Notes: a model not told the origin generated them from the letters alone. DNA of 40,843 nucleotides from an uncultured Erysipelotrichaceae bacterium (GCA_902802365.1 CADCLZ010000001.1:77393-118235); one strand, 5' to 3'. Counted from the first letter of the stretch, positions 1-10,878 are shown. Numbers and translations: made by a program.

Positions 1-777
1 TTTTGGTTTCACGAAGAACAATTTTTCGAAGTTCTTCTCCACTTGTTCAGCCATCGCAATTTCCTCAACTTCCTTTAAGGAAGCCATTTGGGCGAGGATA
101 AACGGAATATAGCTGGGTTCATTACGCTTCCCGCGGTTAGGAACCGGGGTGAGGTATGGCGAGTCGGTTTCGGTGAGGATCTTATCGATCGGGCAGGCCT
201 TCACGGATTCCTTTGGTTCCACCGCGTTTTTATAGGTGATCGGCCCGTCAAAGCCGAAATAGAAGCCGAGTTTGGCGAATTCTTTTAACGATTCCGGGGA
301 CCCTGAATAGCAATGGAGGACGCCGGAGCGATTCACACGATGGGCTTTGAGAAGTTCCAAAAGATCGCCAATCGCGTCTCTGGCGTGGATGGAGATCGGC
401 AAATCGAGTTTATTGGCCAACTCGATCTGCTTGATGAACCAAACTTTCTGATTTTCGTGGTCTTTGGGGTCCTTGAACCAATGGTAGTCGAGTCCGATTT
501 CGCCAATCGCGAGAACCTTTTCGTCATGCGCGAGTTCTTCAATCTCTTTTAGAGATTGTTCATCTACGCCTTCGAGGTTTTCCGGATGGATGCCGACCGC
601 GGCATAGACATCTTCGAATTCGTGGGCGATTTCCACCGCCTTTTTCGAGCTTTCAACATCCCAGCCAATCACGAGTATGTAGCCGATGCCCGCTTCGCGG
701 GCACGCTCAAGAAGCTCTTCCCGATATGGATAGAGTTCGTCGTCATTAATATGGCAATGGGAATCGAGGTATCTCAT
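1..777 (-). CDS. tatD: TatD family metallo-hydrolase/DNase (3' end runs off the window; absent from the ORF track)
   Basis: Manual translation from ATG 777 (ATGA overlap with the mnmE stop): MRYLDSHCHIND...VYAAVGIHPEN...ETDSPYLTPVPNRGKRNEP; the last codons down to base 1 are still in frame with no stop. Confidence 0.9.
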   Translation of the reverse strand, partial: MRYLDSHCHINDDELYPYREELLERAREAGIGYILVIGWDVESSKKAVEIAHEFEDVYAAVGIHPENLEGVDEQSLKEIEELAHDEKVLAIGEIGLDYHWFKDPKDHENQKVWFIKQIELANKLDLPISIHARDAIGDLLELLKAHRVNRSGVLHCYSGSPESLKEFAKLGFYFGFDGPITYKNAVEPKESVKACPIDKILTETDSPYLTPVPNRGKRNEPSYIPFILAQMASLKEVEEIAMAEQVEKNFEKLFFVKPK

Positions 778-2108
778 TTTCCGACGCAGAAACGCGAGAA
801 GATCTCATCGCCGATGTCGGCGGTCTCTCCTTCGCCTAATAAATCCTTCGCCGCGCGATAGGCGGCTTCCAAACTGACGGAGATCAAATCGATCGGGAGA
901 TGATTCTCCGCATCTTGTCCGGCCTGGATGAGATTTTCTTTGATCGCAAGCAAAAGGCCCATCTGTCTGGGGTTCGACAAACTCGGCTTGGTGAAGGCGT
1001 CTTCCGAAAGCGACAAGGCTTTGAAGATCGCTTCTTTCAACGGCTCGATATTCCCCCTAAGCGCGGAGACATAGAGTTTGCCGTCTTCTTTCTTCTTGGC
1101 GAGATCTTCTTTGTTGTAGCAGATGATCAAAGGTTTCCCATCCACTTTGTGGATGATCTCTTCTTCTTGGGGGCTGAGCCTTTCTTCGCGGCCATCGACC
1201 ACCAAAATCACGACATCGGCTTTCTCGATGCTCTTCTGGCTGCGTTTGACCCCCGCTTCCTCGATGAGGTCGCCGGTTTCATGGATCCCCGCGGTATCGA
1301 GGAGGTGGAGGGCGATGCCGTGGACATTCAAATCGCCTTCCACGACATCTCTGGTCGTGCCGGGGATCGCGGATACGATCGCTTTTTCTTCTTGGAGCAA
1401 GGCGTTTAACAAAGAGGATTTCCCGACATTGGGTTCCCCGACTAAAGCGATGTTGACGCCTTCTTTGACGATCTTGCCTTCCCTTCCGCCTTGGATTAAC
1501 TCCTCAACGTCTTTGACGATTTCTTTCGTTGAGGCGGCGATCTTGGCCTCCGAGGCTTCTTCGATGTCCGTATATTCGGGAAAATCGACCCCGACTTCGA
1601 TTAAGGCATATAGTTCGGCGATTTTTTCTTGAATCGGCCGGAACAGCTTACTGGCTTCGCCCATCAAGGATTTAAAGGCCAGGTCTTTGGCTTCTACGGT
1701 GGTTGCATTGATGAGATCGTTGACCGCTTCGGCCTCAATAAGGTCCATCTTGCCATGGTAAAACGCCCGGGAGCTAAATTCCCCACGGGAGGCATAAGAG
1801 GCGCCTTTCCCAAGGAAGGCTTCGACGATTTCGTTCACGATCAGCATCGAGCCGTGGGGGATGATCTCCACCACGTCTTCCCCGGTCATCGTCTTCGGGC
1901 CGGGATAGGCCAAAAGGACGACCGTATCGATCGGTTTTCCCTCGAGGTTTTTGACGGTTCCGTAGAAAATCGTCTTTTCTTTGATGTCGCTTATTCTTTT
2001 TGAGAACAAACCGTCGGTCATCTCAAAAACCCCATCCCCGGACAAGCGGATGATGGCGAGCGCCCCTTTCAGCGGCGGCGTAGCTAATGCGATGATGACG
2101 TTGGACAT
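774..2108 (-). CDS. mnmE: tRNA uridine-34 modification GTPase MnmE
   Basis: TGEDVVEI, GEFSSRAF, GEPNVGKSS, PGTTRD, DTAG, C-terminal FSRFCVGK. Confidence 0.97.
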   Translation of the reverse strand: MSNVIIALATPPLKGALAIIRLSGDGVFEMTDGLFSKRISDIKEKTIFYGTVKNLEGKPIDTVVLLAYPGPKTMTGEDVVEIIPHGSMLIVNEIVEAFLGKGASYASRGEFSSRAFYHGKMDLIEAEAVNDLINATTVEAKDLAFKSLMGEASKLFRPIQEKIAELYALIEVGVDFPEYTDIEEASEAKIAASTKEIVKDVEELIQGGREGKIVKEGVNIALVGEPNVGKSSLLNALLQEEKAIVSAIPGTTRDVVEGDLNVHGIALHLLDTAGIHETGDLIEEAGVKRSQKSIEKADVVILVVDGREERLSPQEEEIIHKVDGKPLIICYNKEDLAKKKEDGKLYVSALRGNIEPLKEAIFKALSLSEDAFTKPSLSNPRQMGLLLAIKENLIQAGQDAENHLPIDLISVSLEAAYRAAKDLLGEGETADIGDEIFSRFCVGK

Positions 2109-2125
2109 AACTTAATCATTATACG

Positions 2126-2162
2126 AAGAAAAAGAAAACGGGTGAATATCACCCGTTGTTCT
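2126..2162 (-). terminator. Intrinsic terminator after jag
   Basis: AACGGGTGA/TCACCCGTT 9-bp stem (2137-2157) followed by a T-rich tract on the minus strand. Confidence 0.7.
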
Positions 2163-2166
2163 TCGT

Positions 2167-2766
2167 TTAGTCGATGAATTTGATCGTGACGGCGCGTTCT
2201 TTGCCTTCGCCGCTGGATTCGGTCTTGATGTGCTCCCAGCCAGAGAGGGCGTTGTGGACGACTCTCCTCTCATCCGGGGTCATCGGGTCGAGCTGCGCAT
2301 CGACGCGGGAACGCTGCACCTCTTTGGCCGCCCTACGGGCGATATGGGTGATGCGGTCGTACTTGTCTTCCTTATAGCCATTGACGTCAAGGAGGATCCG
2401 ATAACGATGACGGAACTTGTTGCTGACCGCGAGTTTCACGAGCTCGTTGAGGGCTTGGAGGGTGCGGCCGCCTTTGCCGATAAGGACCGGGTTACGTTCG
2501 GAATCGATCGTCATCTTGATGATGTCGTCCTCGGTGATGGAGGAGATGCTCACCTCAATGCCGAGGGCGCCGAGCGCCTTCTTGAGGTAGTCTTCGCCAT
2601 AGGTCGCGGCGTCTTCTTTCTCGTAGACGCAGATCGTGGCGGTCTTCTTGAAGAGACCCTTCTTTTCTTCTTTGACTTCAAAGACGAGCTCTTTGGGTTG
2701 GATGCCGAGTTCTTCGGCGGCGCTGGCGATCGCTTCGTCAACGGTTTTTCCGCTGTATTCTTTCAT
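2167..2766 (-). CDS. jag: RNA-binding protein Jag/EloR/KhpB (Jag-N, KH, R3H)
   Basis: GKTVDEAI N-terminus, LIGKGGRTLQAL (KH), ERRVVH (R3H); position after yidC. Confidence 0.93.
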   Translation of the reverse strand: MKEYSGKTVDEAIASAAEELGIQPKELVFEVKEEKKGLFKKTATICVYEKEDAATYGEDYLKKALGALGIEVSISSITEDDIIKMTIDSERNPVLIGKGGRTLQALNELVKLAVSNKFRHRYRILLDVNGYKEDKYDRITHIARRAAKEVQRSRVDAQLDPMTPDERRVVHNALSGWEHIKTESSGEGKERAVTIKFID

Positions 2767-2769
2767 TGT

Positions 2770-4449
2770 TTATTTTCCTTTCCGTTTCTTGGCTTGTTTG
2801 GCCAAAACCGCCTGGGTGATCAGGGTCTGAGCCATGCTGATGATCGCGCCGATGAACCAATAGACGCCCATGGCGGAGGGGAGGAAGAAGCCCATGATCG
2901 CGGTGAAGATAACCATGCCGTACATCATGTATTTGCCGGTTTTGGCTTGCTGGTCTTCGTTGGGGTTACGCCCCATCTTCGCCACGTTCTTCTGCGCGCG
3001 TTTTTGGATCAAACGCGGGGTGAGGACGGACATAAACTGCGAGCCGGCCATCAAGATATAGAGGACCAAAGCCGTCCACCAGCCGTGGGCGTTGGTCCAC
3101 CAAGCTCCGCTCACATTGAACAAAGCGGACTGGATGGTATCCGACAAAGATAGACCTAAGAATGCGCCGGTCGATAAGGAGGAGGCGCCATTCATCGCGT
3201 CCCAGACGCAGATGAAGACCGGGAATTGGACGATCAAAAGCAAGAAGGGAGCGAACATCGAAACGCCATTCCGCTTATATAAGCTCTGGGTTTCTTGGCT
3301 GAGCCGCATCTTTTCGGCTTGGTTGGTGTTCGCGTTCGGATATTTGGCCTGGATCTTGGCGATCTGCGGCTGCAAGGCTTGCATCTTCTGCTGAGAGATC
3401 GTGCCTTTCAAGCCGACGAGGGCCAGGATGAGACGGACGATGACCGCGACGATGATGATCGCGACGATCTGCGCGCCGCCGGAAAGTCCGGGGTCGATGC
3501 CAAAGCTGATCTTATCGAGCAGCCAGGCGATCGGATAGACGAGCAAGCCTTCGAAGAGGCCCTTGCTCCAGGCATAAGCCCAATCCTTGGTTTCGATGGC
3601 GACTTCCCAGTTGGCGGAGGCGCCATAATGGCCGAAGACGCCTTGCTGGGTGGCGATGCAGCTCTTCTTGTTCGCGACGTTATTGAGCACATTGGTGCGG
3701 TATAAAGTCACGAAGTCATCGTTCGGACAGCCATCGATTCCTAAGCCCGCTTCGCTAGAAGCGCGGAATTCTTTGACCCAGCCGATGAGGGTGGAGTCTT
3801 CCAAATAAGAGGTTTGATCGAAGTTCAGGAACTTCTTGCCGCCGTAATAACGGAGCAACGAGTTTCCGGCCCCTTCGGAAAGATCGAGGGGGATTTCGGT
3901 CGCGTTCACGCCATCGGTGTCGCTTTCCTGGAACGGATTGACGCACCAGACGCCGTTAGAGACGGTGTTGAGGGTAATGGCCGAAGCCGCGATGCCTTTG
4001 TCCGCGACCGCGCTTTCAATGGCGAGGTCCAAAACCTTCTGGTCGATCCCCGCCCAATATTGGACGCTGGGGAGGTAATAACCGCTGGTGAAAGCGGAGG
4101 ATAAGACCGAATTGACCTGCGCCGCTTTCTTGGCGCGGTATTCGATCAAGCCGCTTTCTTGGCGGACAAACGGGACGTAGCGATAGACATTGGTGTTTCC
4201 GGCGATTGCTGGTCCGGAAAGGGAGTCAAAGACCGCTTTGTCGGCAACCGAAAGCGTGGTATATGCCTCGGTGGCTTTATAAGCATTCAATTCCTCTAAG
4301 CTGCCATAGACCGTGACGCCCTGTTCGTAGGGATAAAGCATCTCCGCTTTGTCCGCGGGGGAACAGAAGTTCTGGGTGCAGCCTGAAAGAAGTAGAACGC
4401 CTAGGCCGATAGCGGCGGCTCCGACGAGTTTCTTCTTAGTGTTTTTCAA
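2770..4449 (-). CDS. yidC: Membrane protein insertase YidC, lipoprotein with a long extracytoplasmic domain
   Basis: Lipobox LLSGC; QQKMQALQPQIAKIQAKY, QFPVF, PSAMGVYW; lies between rnpA and jag. Confidence 0.92.
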   Translation of the reverse strand: MKNTKKKLVGAAAIGLGVLLLSGCTQNFCSPADKAEMLYPYEQGVTVYGSLEELNAYKATEAYTTLSVADKAVFDSLSGPAIAGNTNVYRYVPFVRQESGLIEYRAKKAAQVNSVLSSAFTSGYYLPSVQYWAGIDQKVLDLAIESAVADKGIAASAITLNTVSNGVWCVNPFQESDTDGVNATEIPLDLSEGAGNSLLRYYGGKKFLNFDQTSYLEDSTLIGWVKEFRASSEAGLGIDGCPNDDFVTLYRTNVLNNVANKKSCIATQQGVFGHYGASANWEVAIETKDWAYAWSKGLFEGLLVYPIAWLLDKISFGIDPGLSGGAQIVAIIIVAVIVRLILALVGLKGTISQQKMQALQPQIAKIQAKYPNANTNQAEKMRLSQETQSLYKRNGVSMFAPFLLLIVQFPVFICVWDAMNGASSLSTGAFLGLSLSDTIQSALFNVSGAWWTNAHGWWTALVLYILMAGSQFMSVLTPRLIQKRAQKNVAKMGRNPNEDQQAKTGKYMMYGMVIFTAIMGFFLPSAMGVYWFIGAIISMAQTLITQAVLAKQAKKRKGK

Positions 4450-4784
4450 TGCTGGCTTTCCTTTATTGTTTCGAGAAGCCCAATTAGCTCCTCCTTGCTC
4501 GCGGCGAATTCCGAACGATCATAGCTCGGGCGCACGACGATGACGAGGTTCAAGGGCAACCCGTAATCCTTCCAGCTTTCGGCGATGATGGCGCGGATCT
4601 GGCGCTTGGTCTTGACTCTGGCAACCGCTCCGCCGTTTCGTTTCCCGACGGCGATGCCAATGTGGGTCTCCTCCACGTCGGTCCTCTCGTAATAAAGCGA
4701 GAACCGGCGACCTTTGACGGCAACTCCTTTTTGGATGATCCGGTCAAAATCCGAATGTTTCTTGACGCGGTTTTCCCTTTTCAT
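4446..4784 (-). CDS. rnpA: Ribonuclease P protein component
   Basis: RVKKHSDF, GIAVGKRNGGAVARVKTKRQIR (RNR-like motif); follows rpmH. Confidence 0.92.
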   Translation of the reverse strand: MKRENRVKKHSDFDRIIQKGVAVKGRRFSLYYERTDVEETHIGIAVGKRNGGAVARVKTKRQIRAIIAESWKDYGLPLNLVIVVRPSYDRSEFAASKEELIGLLETIKESQH

Positions 4785-4797
4785 GCAAGAAAAAGCC

Positions 4798-4938
4798 TCA
4801 GGCGGTGAGGGTCTTGCGGCCGTGCTTCCGGCGGGCGGCCAAAACCTTGCGGCCGTTGTGGGTTTTCATTCTCGCACGGAAACCAGCGCGGCGCTGGTGC
4901 TGTAATTTCGAGGGTTGATAAGTCTTTTTGCTTGCCAT
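4798..4938 (-). CDS. rpmH: 50S ribosomal protein L34 (absent from the ORF track)
   Basis: Manual translation [46 protein letters not shown]; AGGAG SD upstream. Confidence 0.95.
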   Translation of the reverse strand: MASKKTYQPSKLQHQRRAGFRARMKTHNGRKVLAARRKHGRKTLTA

Positions 4939-5089
4939 ACGTGTTTCTCCTAGCTGCTTGTTAGCGAGGCTCATTATAGAGTTCAGCCTCGTGCAAGTCT
5001 AACAAAATCGCGCGTATGGGGGCCTGTATGTGCGATTTTTTACCTTAAATTAAGGGTGGTTTTGTCTCTTTTGAAGACCTTTGGAATGG

Positions 5090-5360
5090 CGTATGTCCAC
5101 TTTTGCGGATTCCGAATGTGGATTTTGCGGGAAAAGGGCTTACAAATCCGCATTCATCGAAAGAAAACGCCTGTTGAGAAAAAGCGGGCTCATCGAAGGT
5201 ATTCTTCTTTTTCCACATCGAGCAATCCACAGGGTTTTTATCCACAAGTTTTCCACAATCGGAAAGTTGTGAACGGGGGCAAAAGTACCCTGTTTTCGCT
5301 ATTTTCGGCCCCTTTCGTTGTGGATAAATCAATTTTAGCTAAAAAACGCTGGTGAATAAC
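5090..5360. other. oriC part 1: DnaA-box cluster upstream of dnaA
   Basis: TTATCCACA 5238-5246, TGTGGATAA 5319-5327, TTTTCCACA 5209-5217 and 5249-5257, plus degenerate boxes (5117-5125, 5223-5231). Confidence 0.85.
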
Positions 5361-5389
5361 TCTGATTCGTGTGCTTAAATTATGCCGTT

Positions 5390-6754
5390 ATGGAACGTGT
5401 CGGAACCGTGTCGGAAATCGCTTCCCTCTGGGCCAGGGTCCTGGAAAAAGCGAAACTCATGCTGAACGATCAGAATGTCTATGAGGCCTTCTTCGCCAGC
5501 AGCTATATCGATCATTTCGAGGGCGGAACCGCCTTCGTCGTCGTCAATTCGGGGTTGGCCGCCAATCTTTTGGACGCCAAATACAAGAATCTCCTCGAAC
5601 AGGCGATGCTCGAAGCCAGCGGCACCAACTTCGAACTCAGATTCATCACCGAAGATGAGGTCAAAGAAGAGCCTGCCCCGCAGGAAAAGAAGGCGGTTTT
5701 CTTCAAAGACGCGGTTTTGAACCCGAATTTCAATTTCCAGAACTTCGTCGTCGGCCCCTCAAACCGCGAGGCATATCAAGCATCCCTGATGGTCGCGCGC
5801 TCGCCAGGCAAACTTTATAACCCATTATTGATCTATGGGGGCTCTGGTTTGGGCAAAACCCATCTTCTTCAGGCGATCGGAAACTCCTTAAGGGGATCCT
5901 TCTCGAACTTGCGGGTCCTCTATATCACCGCGGCGGACTTCGTGGATGAATACGTCAACTATGTCCGCGGCCAAAAAGACGGGGAATCCCTTTCCTCCTT
6001 CTTCAAAAACTCGATCGATGTCTTCTTGGTGGACGACATTCAGTTCTTGGTCGGCAAATCCGGGACGATGGAGATGTTCTTCGTCATCTTCTCGGCTTTA
6101 TACGCCCAAGGAAAGCAGATCGTCATCACCTCCGATCAGCATCCGAATCAGCTCGATGGCTTAGATGAACGTCTGAAGACCAGGTTCATCGCCGGCTTGA
6201 CTCTAGACGTCAAGGCCCCGGACCTTTTGACCAGCGAGGAGATCTTAAGAAGCCGGATCGCCGCGGATGGCTTGGATGTGAATGATTTCGAACCGGAAGT
6301 CATCACTTTCTTAGCCAAACGCTTCTCCAGTTCGATCCGTGAGCTAGAGGAAGCCTTAAACCGTTTGCTCTTCTACACGATCAACATCAAGCCGAGCAAA
6401 CACATCGATCTGGCGTTGGCCTCCGAAGCGATCCAAGGCCTGATCCAGGTCCAGGAGGATGAATCGAAGCTATCGGATAGCAAGATCATCTCCACCGTGG
6501 CCGATTACTATAGCCTCACCCCGTCGCAGATCACCGGGAAGATCAGAACCTCGCAAATCGCGATGGCTAGGCATATCGCCATGTATTTGATGCGGTCGTT
6601 GCTGGACGATCCGTTCCAGAAAATCGGCAAGGCGCTTGGCGGCAAAGACCACGCGACGGTCATGAATGGTGTGCAAAAAGTGGAGAAAGCGTTGAAAAGC
6701 GATCCAGAAATGCAGGCCGCGATCCGTGAGTTGACCGCGAAGCTGAAGAAGTGA
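5390..6754 (+). CDS. dnaA: Chromosomal replication initiator DnaA
   Basis: FQNFVVGPSN, YNPLLIYGGSGLGKTHL, VDDIQF, GGKDHATV; ATG 5390 preferred over the track start at 5369. Confidence 0.98.
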   Translation: MERVGTVSEIASLWARVLEKAKLMLNDQNVYEAFFASSYIDHFEGGTAFVVVNSGLAANLLDAKYKNLLEQAMLEASGTNFELRFITEDEVKEEPAPQEKKAVFFKDAVLNPNFNFQNFVVGPSNREAYQASLMVARSPGKLYNPLLIYGGSGLGKTHLLQAIGNSLRGSFSNLRVLYITAADFVDEYVNYVRGQKDGESLSSFFKNSIDVFLVDDIQFLVGKSGTMEMFFVIFSALYAQGKQIVITSDQHPNQLDGLDERLKTRFIAGLTLDVKAPDLLTSEEILRSRIAADGLDVNDFEPEVITFLAKRFSSSIRELEEALNRLLFYTINIKPSKHIDLALASEAIQGLIQVQEDESKLSDSKIISTVADYYSLTPSQITGKIRTSQIAMARHIAMYLMRSLLDDPFQKIGKALGGKDHATVMNGVQKVEKALKSDPEMQAAIRELTAKLKK

Positions 6755-6900
6755 GGTTTATTTATTAAATAAAAAGGTGTTAAGAAAACACCTCTATGGT
6801 AAACTAAACCTTAGCAAAGAAAGTCGAGTTATCCACCGAATTCACAACCCTTATTGTCGTTAATAAATAATTCTTAAGAAAAAACTAAAAATTAAGGAGA
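6755..6900. other. oriC part 2: DnaA boxes and AT-rich unwinding element between dnaA and dnaN
   Basis: TTATCCACC 6829-6837, adjacent degenerate GAATTCACA, then an AT-rich tract at 6860-6895; same layout as the bipartite Bacillus origin. Confidence 0.65.
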
Positions 6901-6908
6901 GCGTACCC

Positions 6909-8030
6909 ATGCGATTCACCATTGATAAAGAGCAGTTCCAAAAAGGCCTTGCCGCCGCGGCAAGAGCGGTCCCGTCCAAATCGACGCTTCCGATCCTCGC
7001 CAATTTAATGCTGGACCTCAACGAAAAAGGACTGGAGGTCACCGGATCCAATTCCGAAATTACCATCCGCTGCACCGTTCCTTATCGCAAAGACGACAAA
7101 GAGATCATCCGCAACGTCGGCTTGGGTTCCACTTTGGTCAACGCCAAAAAGCTCGTCGACATCATCCGGGCGATGGAAGGCGAAGAAGTCTCCATCGAAG
7201 TCATCGACGACGCGATCATGAAGATCGACGACGACCGTTCCTCCTTCCGCCTCAACTGCATCAAAGCAGAAGAATACCCCGATATCGACCTCGAACCCTC
7301 GGGCACTCTCCTTGATATCTCCTGCGCCACGCTCACCGGTTTGGTCGAGCAAAGCGCCTTCGCCGCTTCTCTCCGTGAGCAGCGTCAGATCCTCACCGCC
7401 CTCCACTTAGAGGCGGAAAACGGCAAACTGATCGCCACCGCGACCGACTCCGCCCGCTTGGCCCGCAAAGAAGTCGCCATCGATAGCGAGGTCCGTTTCA
7501 CCGCGAATATCCCTGCCAGGCTCATCTCCGATATCGTCAAGATGTTCGATAACGCCCAAACCGTCACTCTTTCGGTCTCCGACCGCAAGATGCTCTTCGA
7601 CTTCGACCGCACGGTCGTGAGTTCCCGCTTGATCCCTGGCGACTATCCATTGACCCGCTCGATCATCCCCCAGAACTTCAACGACACCCTCGAAGCCAAC
7701 GCCGGCGAGCTCCTCTCGGCGATGAACCGCGTGCGGATCGTTTCCAATGAATCGGAAGCCGTCGTCACCCTTTCGATGCGCGAAGAGGAAGTCGAAGTCT
7801 CGGCCAAAAGCGATGCCTCCGGCTCCGCTTTGGAGAAGATCTCGACCTTCCAATACACCGGCGACCGCCTCGAAGTCAGCTTCAATTCCCAGTTCGTCAT
7901 CGATGCGATCCGCGCCTTAAGAAGCGAGGATGTCGTGATCTGCTTCTTAGGCGAAATGAAGCCCTTCGTCGTCAAGAACCCCAAAGATGACTCTGTGGTC
8001 GAACTAATCACGCCAATGCGCACCTTCTAA
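6909..8030 (+). CDS. dnaN: DNA polymerase III beta sliding clamp
   Basis: PILAN, ATDSARLA, SRLIPGDYP, FNSQFVIDA, LITPMR; follows dnaA. Confidence 0.97.
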   Translation: MRFTIDKEQFQKGLAAAARAVPSKSTLPILANLMLDLNEKGLEVTGSNSEITIRCTVPYRKDDKEIIRNVGLGSTLVNAKKLVDIIRAMEGEEVSIEVIDDAIMKIDDDRSSFRLNCIKAEEYPDIDLEPSGTLLDISCATLTGLVEQSAFAASLREQRQILTALHLEAENGKLIATATDSARLARKEVAIDSEVRFTANIPARLISDIVKMFDNAQTVTLSVSDRKMLFDFDRTVVSSRLIPGDYPLTRSIIPQNFNDTLEANAGELLSAMNRVRIVSNESEAVVTLSMREEEVEVSAKSDASGSALEKISTFQYTGDRLEVSFNSQFVIDAIRALRSEDVVICFLGEMKPFVVKNPKDDSVVELITPMRTF

Positions 8031-8062
8031 GCGAAATAAAGGCATTCTGAAAATTGATCGAG

Positions 8063-8091
8063 AAAGTGGTAGAAAACCTCTACCACTTTTT
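8063..8091 (+). terminator. Intrinsic terminator after dnaN
   Basis: AAAGTGGTAGA/TCTACCACTTT stem ending in a T tract. Confidence 0.7.
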
Positions 8092-8142
8092 ACTACGTAG
8101 TAGTAAACTATGTTTGTGGGAAATTTGCCCGATTTTCTTGAT

Positions 8143-8361
8143 ATGGAAAACTGCGAAATCGTCAAAATCTCGACCCCCTACATCACGTTGGGCCAGCTTT
8201 TGAAGTTCAAGAAGATCGTCGGCCAAGGCGGCGAGGAGAAAGCCTATCTCGCCACCCACAAAGTCCTCGTGAACGACGAAGAGGAAAACCGCAGAGGCAA
8301 AAAGCTCTATCCCGGCGACCGCATCGTCCTCGATGAGGGAAAGTTCGAGATCGGGCGATGA
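8143..8361 (+). CDS. yaaA: S4-domain RNA-binding protein YaaA
   Basis: YITLGQLLK, GGEEK, ENRRGKKLYPGD; between dnaN and recF (start 8143 or 8110). Confidence 0.9.
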   Translation: MENCEIVKISTPYITLGQLLKFKKIVGQGGEEKAYLATHKVLVNDEEENRRGKKLYPGDRIVLDEGKFEIGR

Positions 8362-9428
8362 TCCTCACCCATTTAGAACTGAGGAACTTCCGGAACCACG
8401 AATTCCTCTCGCTTGATTTTGCGAAAGGCTTGACGTTGCTCCTAGGTCCCAACGGGGTTGGCAAATCCAACCTCGCCGAAGCGATCTACTATCTCTCCTT
8501 GGCCAGGAGCTGGCGGACCAACGAAGACCGCCTGCTCATCCAGGAAGGGAAAGAAGAAGCCTCGATCCTCGCCAAGATCGAAGAAGGGTCGCTTCGAAGA
8601 ACGATCGCGATCACGATCGGCAAATCCGACAAGAAGATCGAGATCAACGGCAAGAAGGTTCGAAAGCTCTCGGAGCTCTCCGCCCTCGTCAACGTCACGA
8701 GCTTCTCGCCCTCCGATGTCCCCCTCTTCATGGGGAGCCCCGGAGAACGGCGCGGATTCCTCGATATGACGATCGCTAAGCAAAGCCAGGAATACCTCGC
8801 CTTGCTCAATCGGTATGGGAAACTCCTGAAGGAACGGAACGCCGCCCTGAAGGAGGATTACCCAAACATCGAGCTCATCGACGTCTTGGCCCATCAGAGG
8901 GCCGCCCTCGTCGAGCCGATCCTCAACTACCGCCTCCAGGCGATCGCCTCCCTCAACCGCGTCTTGCCCGGAATCCTCCAGGATCTCCGCGGCGAAGACA
9001 GCCACGCCAAGCTCGTCTATCGCCCCTGCATCGCGATCGGCGGGAATTATGAAGAGGAAGCCCACGCCCTCTTCGAAAACGCGAAGGAGAACGATTTAAG
9101 AAGAAAATCGACCTCCGTCGGGCCGCACCGCGAAGACTTCTCGTTCCTCTTGGACGATAAAGATCTCGCGAACTATGGCTCTCAAGGCGAAAACCGCATG
9201 GCGGTCCTCGCCCTGAAATTGGCCCCTTGCCTCTTGATCGAGGAGCCCGACAAAAAACCAATCCTCGTCCTCGATGACGTGGCGAGCGAATTGGACCAGA
9301 ACCGGACCGAGCGCCTGCTGACCCTTATAAAGGCCCTCCCGCAGACGTTCGTGACCGCCACTGAATTAAATACTGCCGGCGCGGACATCATCGATGTACG
9401 CCCCGGAATAGCCACTAGGAGGAGTTAA
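8358..9428 (+). CDS. recF: DNA replication/repair protein RecF
   Basis: [35 protein letters not shown]. Confidence 0.96.
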   Translation: MILTHLELRNFRNHEFLSLDFAKGLTLLLGPNGVGKSNLAEAIYYLSLARSWRTNEDRLLIQEGKEEASILAKIEEGSLRRTIAITIGKSDKKIEINGKKVRKLSELSALVNVTSFSPSDVPLFMGSPGERRGFLDMTIAKQSQEYLALLNRYGKLLKERNAALKEDYPNIELIDVLAHQRAALVEPILNYRLQAIASLNRVLPGILQDLRGEDSHAKLVYRPCIAIGGNYEEEAHALFENAKENDLRRKSTSVGPHREDFSFLLDDKDLANYGSQGENRMAVLALKLAPCLLIEEPDKKPILVLDDVASELDQNRTERLLTLIKALPQTFVTATELNTAGADIIDVRPGIATRRS

Positions 9429-9429
9429 C

Positions 9430-10878
9430 ATGGCTGAAGAAGATACCAACGTTTACGTCAAAGAAGACATCTCCAATGAGCGCGAGCTGGAAATTGCCGA
9501 CGCCCATTACGATGCTTCGAACCTGCAGGTCCTTGAAGGCCTTCAGGCGGTCAGGAAGCGCCCGGGCATGTACATCGCGACCACCGCGAGCCCCGGTCTT
9601 CACCACCTCGTCTGGGAAATCGTCGACAACTCGATCGACGAAGCCCTTGCGGGTTATTGCAAGAACATCGAAGTGACCATCAATCCGGGCAACTCGATCA
9701 CCGTCGTCGATGACGGCCGTGGTGTTCCGGTCGATATCGTCGCCAAAAGCGGCCTTTCCGGCGTCGAGACGGTTTATACCATCCTCCATGCTGGCGGCAA
9801 ATTCGGCGAAGGCGGCGGCTATAAGGTTTCCGGCGGCTTACACGGCGTCGGCGCCTCGGTCGTCAACGCCCTTTCGACCTGGATGGAAGTCACCGTCTGG
9901 CGCGATGGCGGGGAATATTTCATCCGCTTCGAAAACGGCGGACACCCCGTGGACCGCTTGAAGAGAGTGGGCGATAGCAGCAAGCGCGGCACCAAGGTCA
10001 CCTTCCAACCGGACCCGACGATTTTCACCGAAACCATCGAGTACGATTACGACGTGATCAAAAACCACATGCGGCAGATGGCGTTTTTGAACAAAGGCAT
10101 CCGCATCACGTTGAAAGACAACCGTTTGGACGTCCCGATGACCGACACTTTCTACTATGAAGGCGGCATCAAGGAATACGTCAAATACATCAATCAGAAC
10201 AAGCTTCCGGTCAATGAAGACGTCATGTACTTCGAGGGCGCGGAAGACGTCACCTTCGGCGACGGCAAGAGCATCCGCATCTACGCCGAGATCGCTTTGC
10301 AGTGGACCGATTCCTACTCCTCGGATGGTGTCTATTCCTTCTGCAACAACATCTCGACCAAAGAAGGCGGCACCCACGTCGAGGGCCTTAACCTCGCGCT
10401 CAACCGCGTCATCAACGCTTACGCCCGCTTCAAGAAACTCCTCAAAGAGGGCGAAGACAACTACTCCACCGACGACTGCCGCGAAGGGTTGACCGCTGTT
10501 GTTTCGGTCAAGCATCCCGACCCGCAGTATGAAGGACAGACCAAGACCAAACTCGGCAACTCCGAAGTCCGTAAGATCGTCTCCTCGATCGTCGGCGATG
10601 GCCTCCGTCAATATCTCGACGAGAATCCTGGCGTCGCCAGCACGATCGTCGACAAGATCGCGCTGGCCAGAAAAGCGCGCGATGCGGCGAAAATCGCCCG
10701 TGAGAAAATCCGGAAAAGTTCCCTTGAAATCACGACTTTGCCGGGAAAACTCGCCGACTGCTCCAGCCGCGATCCCAAGATCTGCGAACTCTATATCGTC
10801 GAGGGTAATTCCGCAGGCGGATCCGCTAAGCAGGGTAGAGAGCGTAAAAAGCTATCTGGACGTGCCGGAGGATACTGA
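9430..10878 (+). CDS. gyrB: DNA gyrase subunit B, N-terminal part (interrupted near 10845)
   Basis: [53 protein letters not shown]; similarity is lost immediately afterwards. Confidence 0.93.
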   Translation: MAEEDTNVYVKEDISNERELEIADAHYDASNLQVLEGLQAVRKRPGMYIATTASPGLHHLVWEIVDNSIDEALAGYCKNIEVTINPGNSITVVDDGRGVPVDIVAKSGLSGVETVYTILHAGGKFGEGGGYKVSGGLHGVGASVVNALSTWMEVTVWRDGGEYFIRFENGGHPVDRLKRVGDSSKRGTKVTFQPDPTIFTETIEYDYDVIKNHMRQMAFLNKGIRITLKDNRLDVPMTDTFYYEGGIKEYVKYINQNKLPVNEDVMYFEGAEDVTFGDGKSIRIYAEIALQWTDSYSSDGVYSFCNNISTKEGGTHVEGLNLALNRVINAYARFKKLLKEGEDNYSTDDCREGLTAVVSVKHPDPQYEGQTKTKLGNSEVRKIVSSIVGDGLRQYLDENPGVASTIVDKIALARKARDAAKIAREKIRKSSLEITTLPGKLADCSSRDPKICELYIVEGNSAGGSAKQGRERKKLSGRAGGY

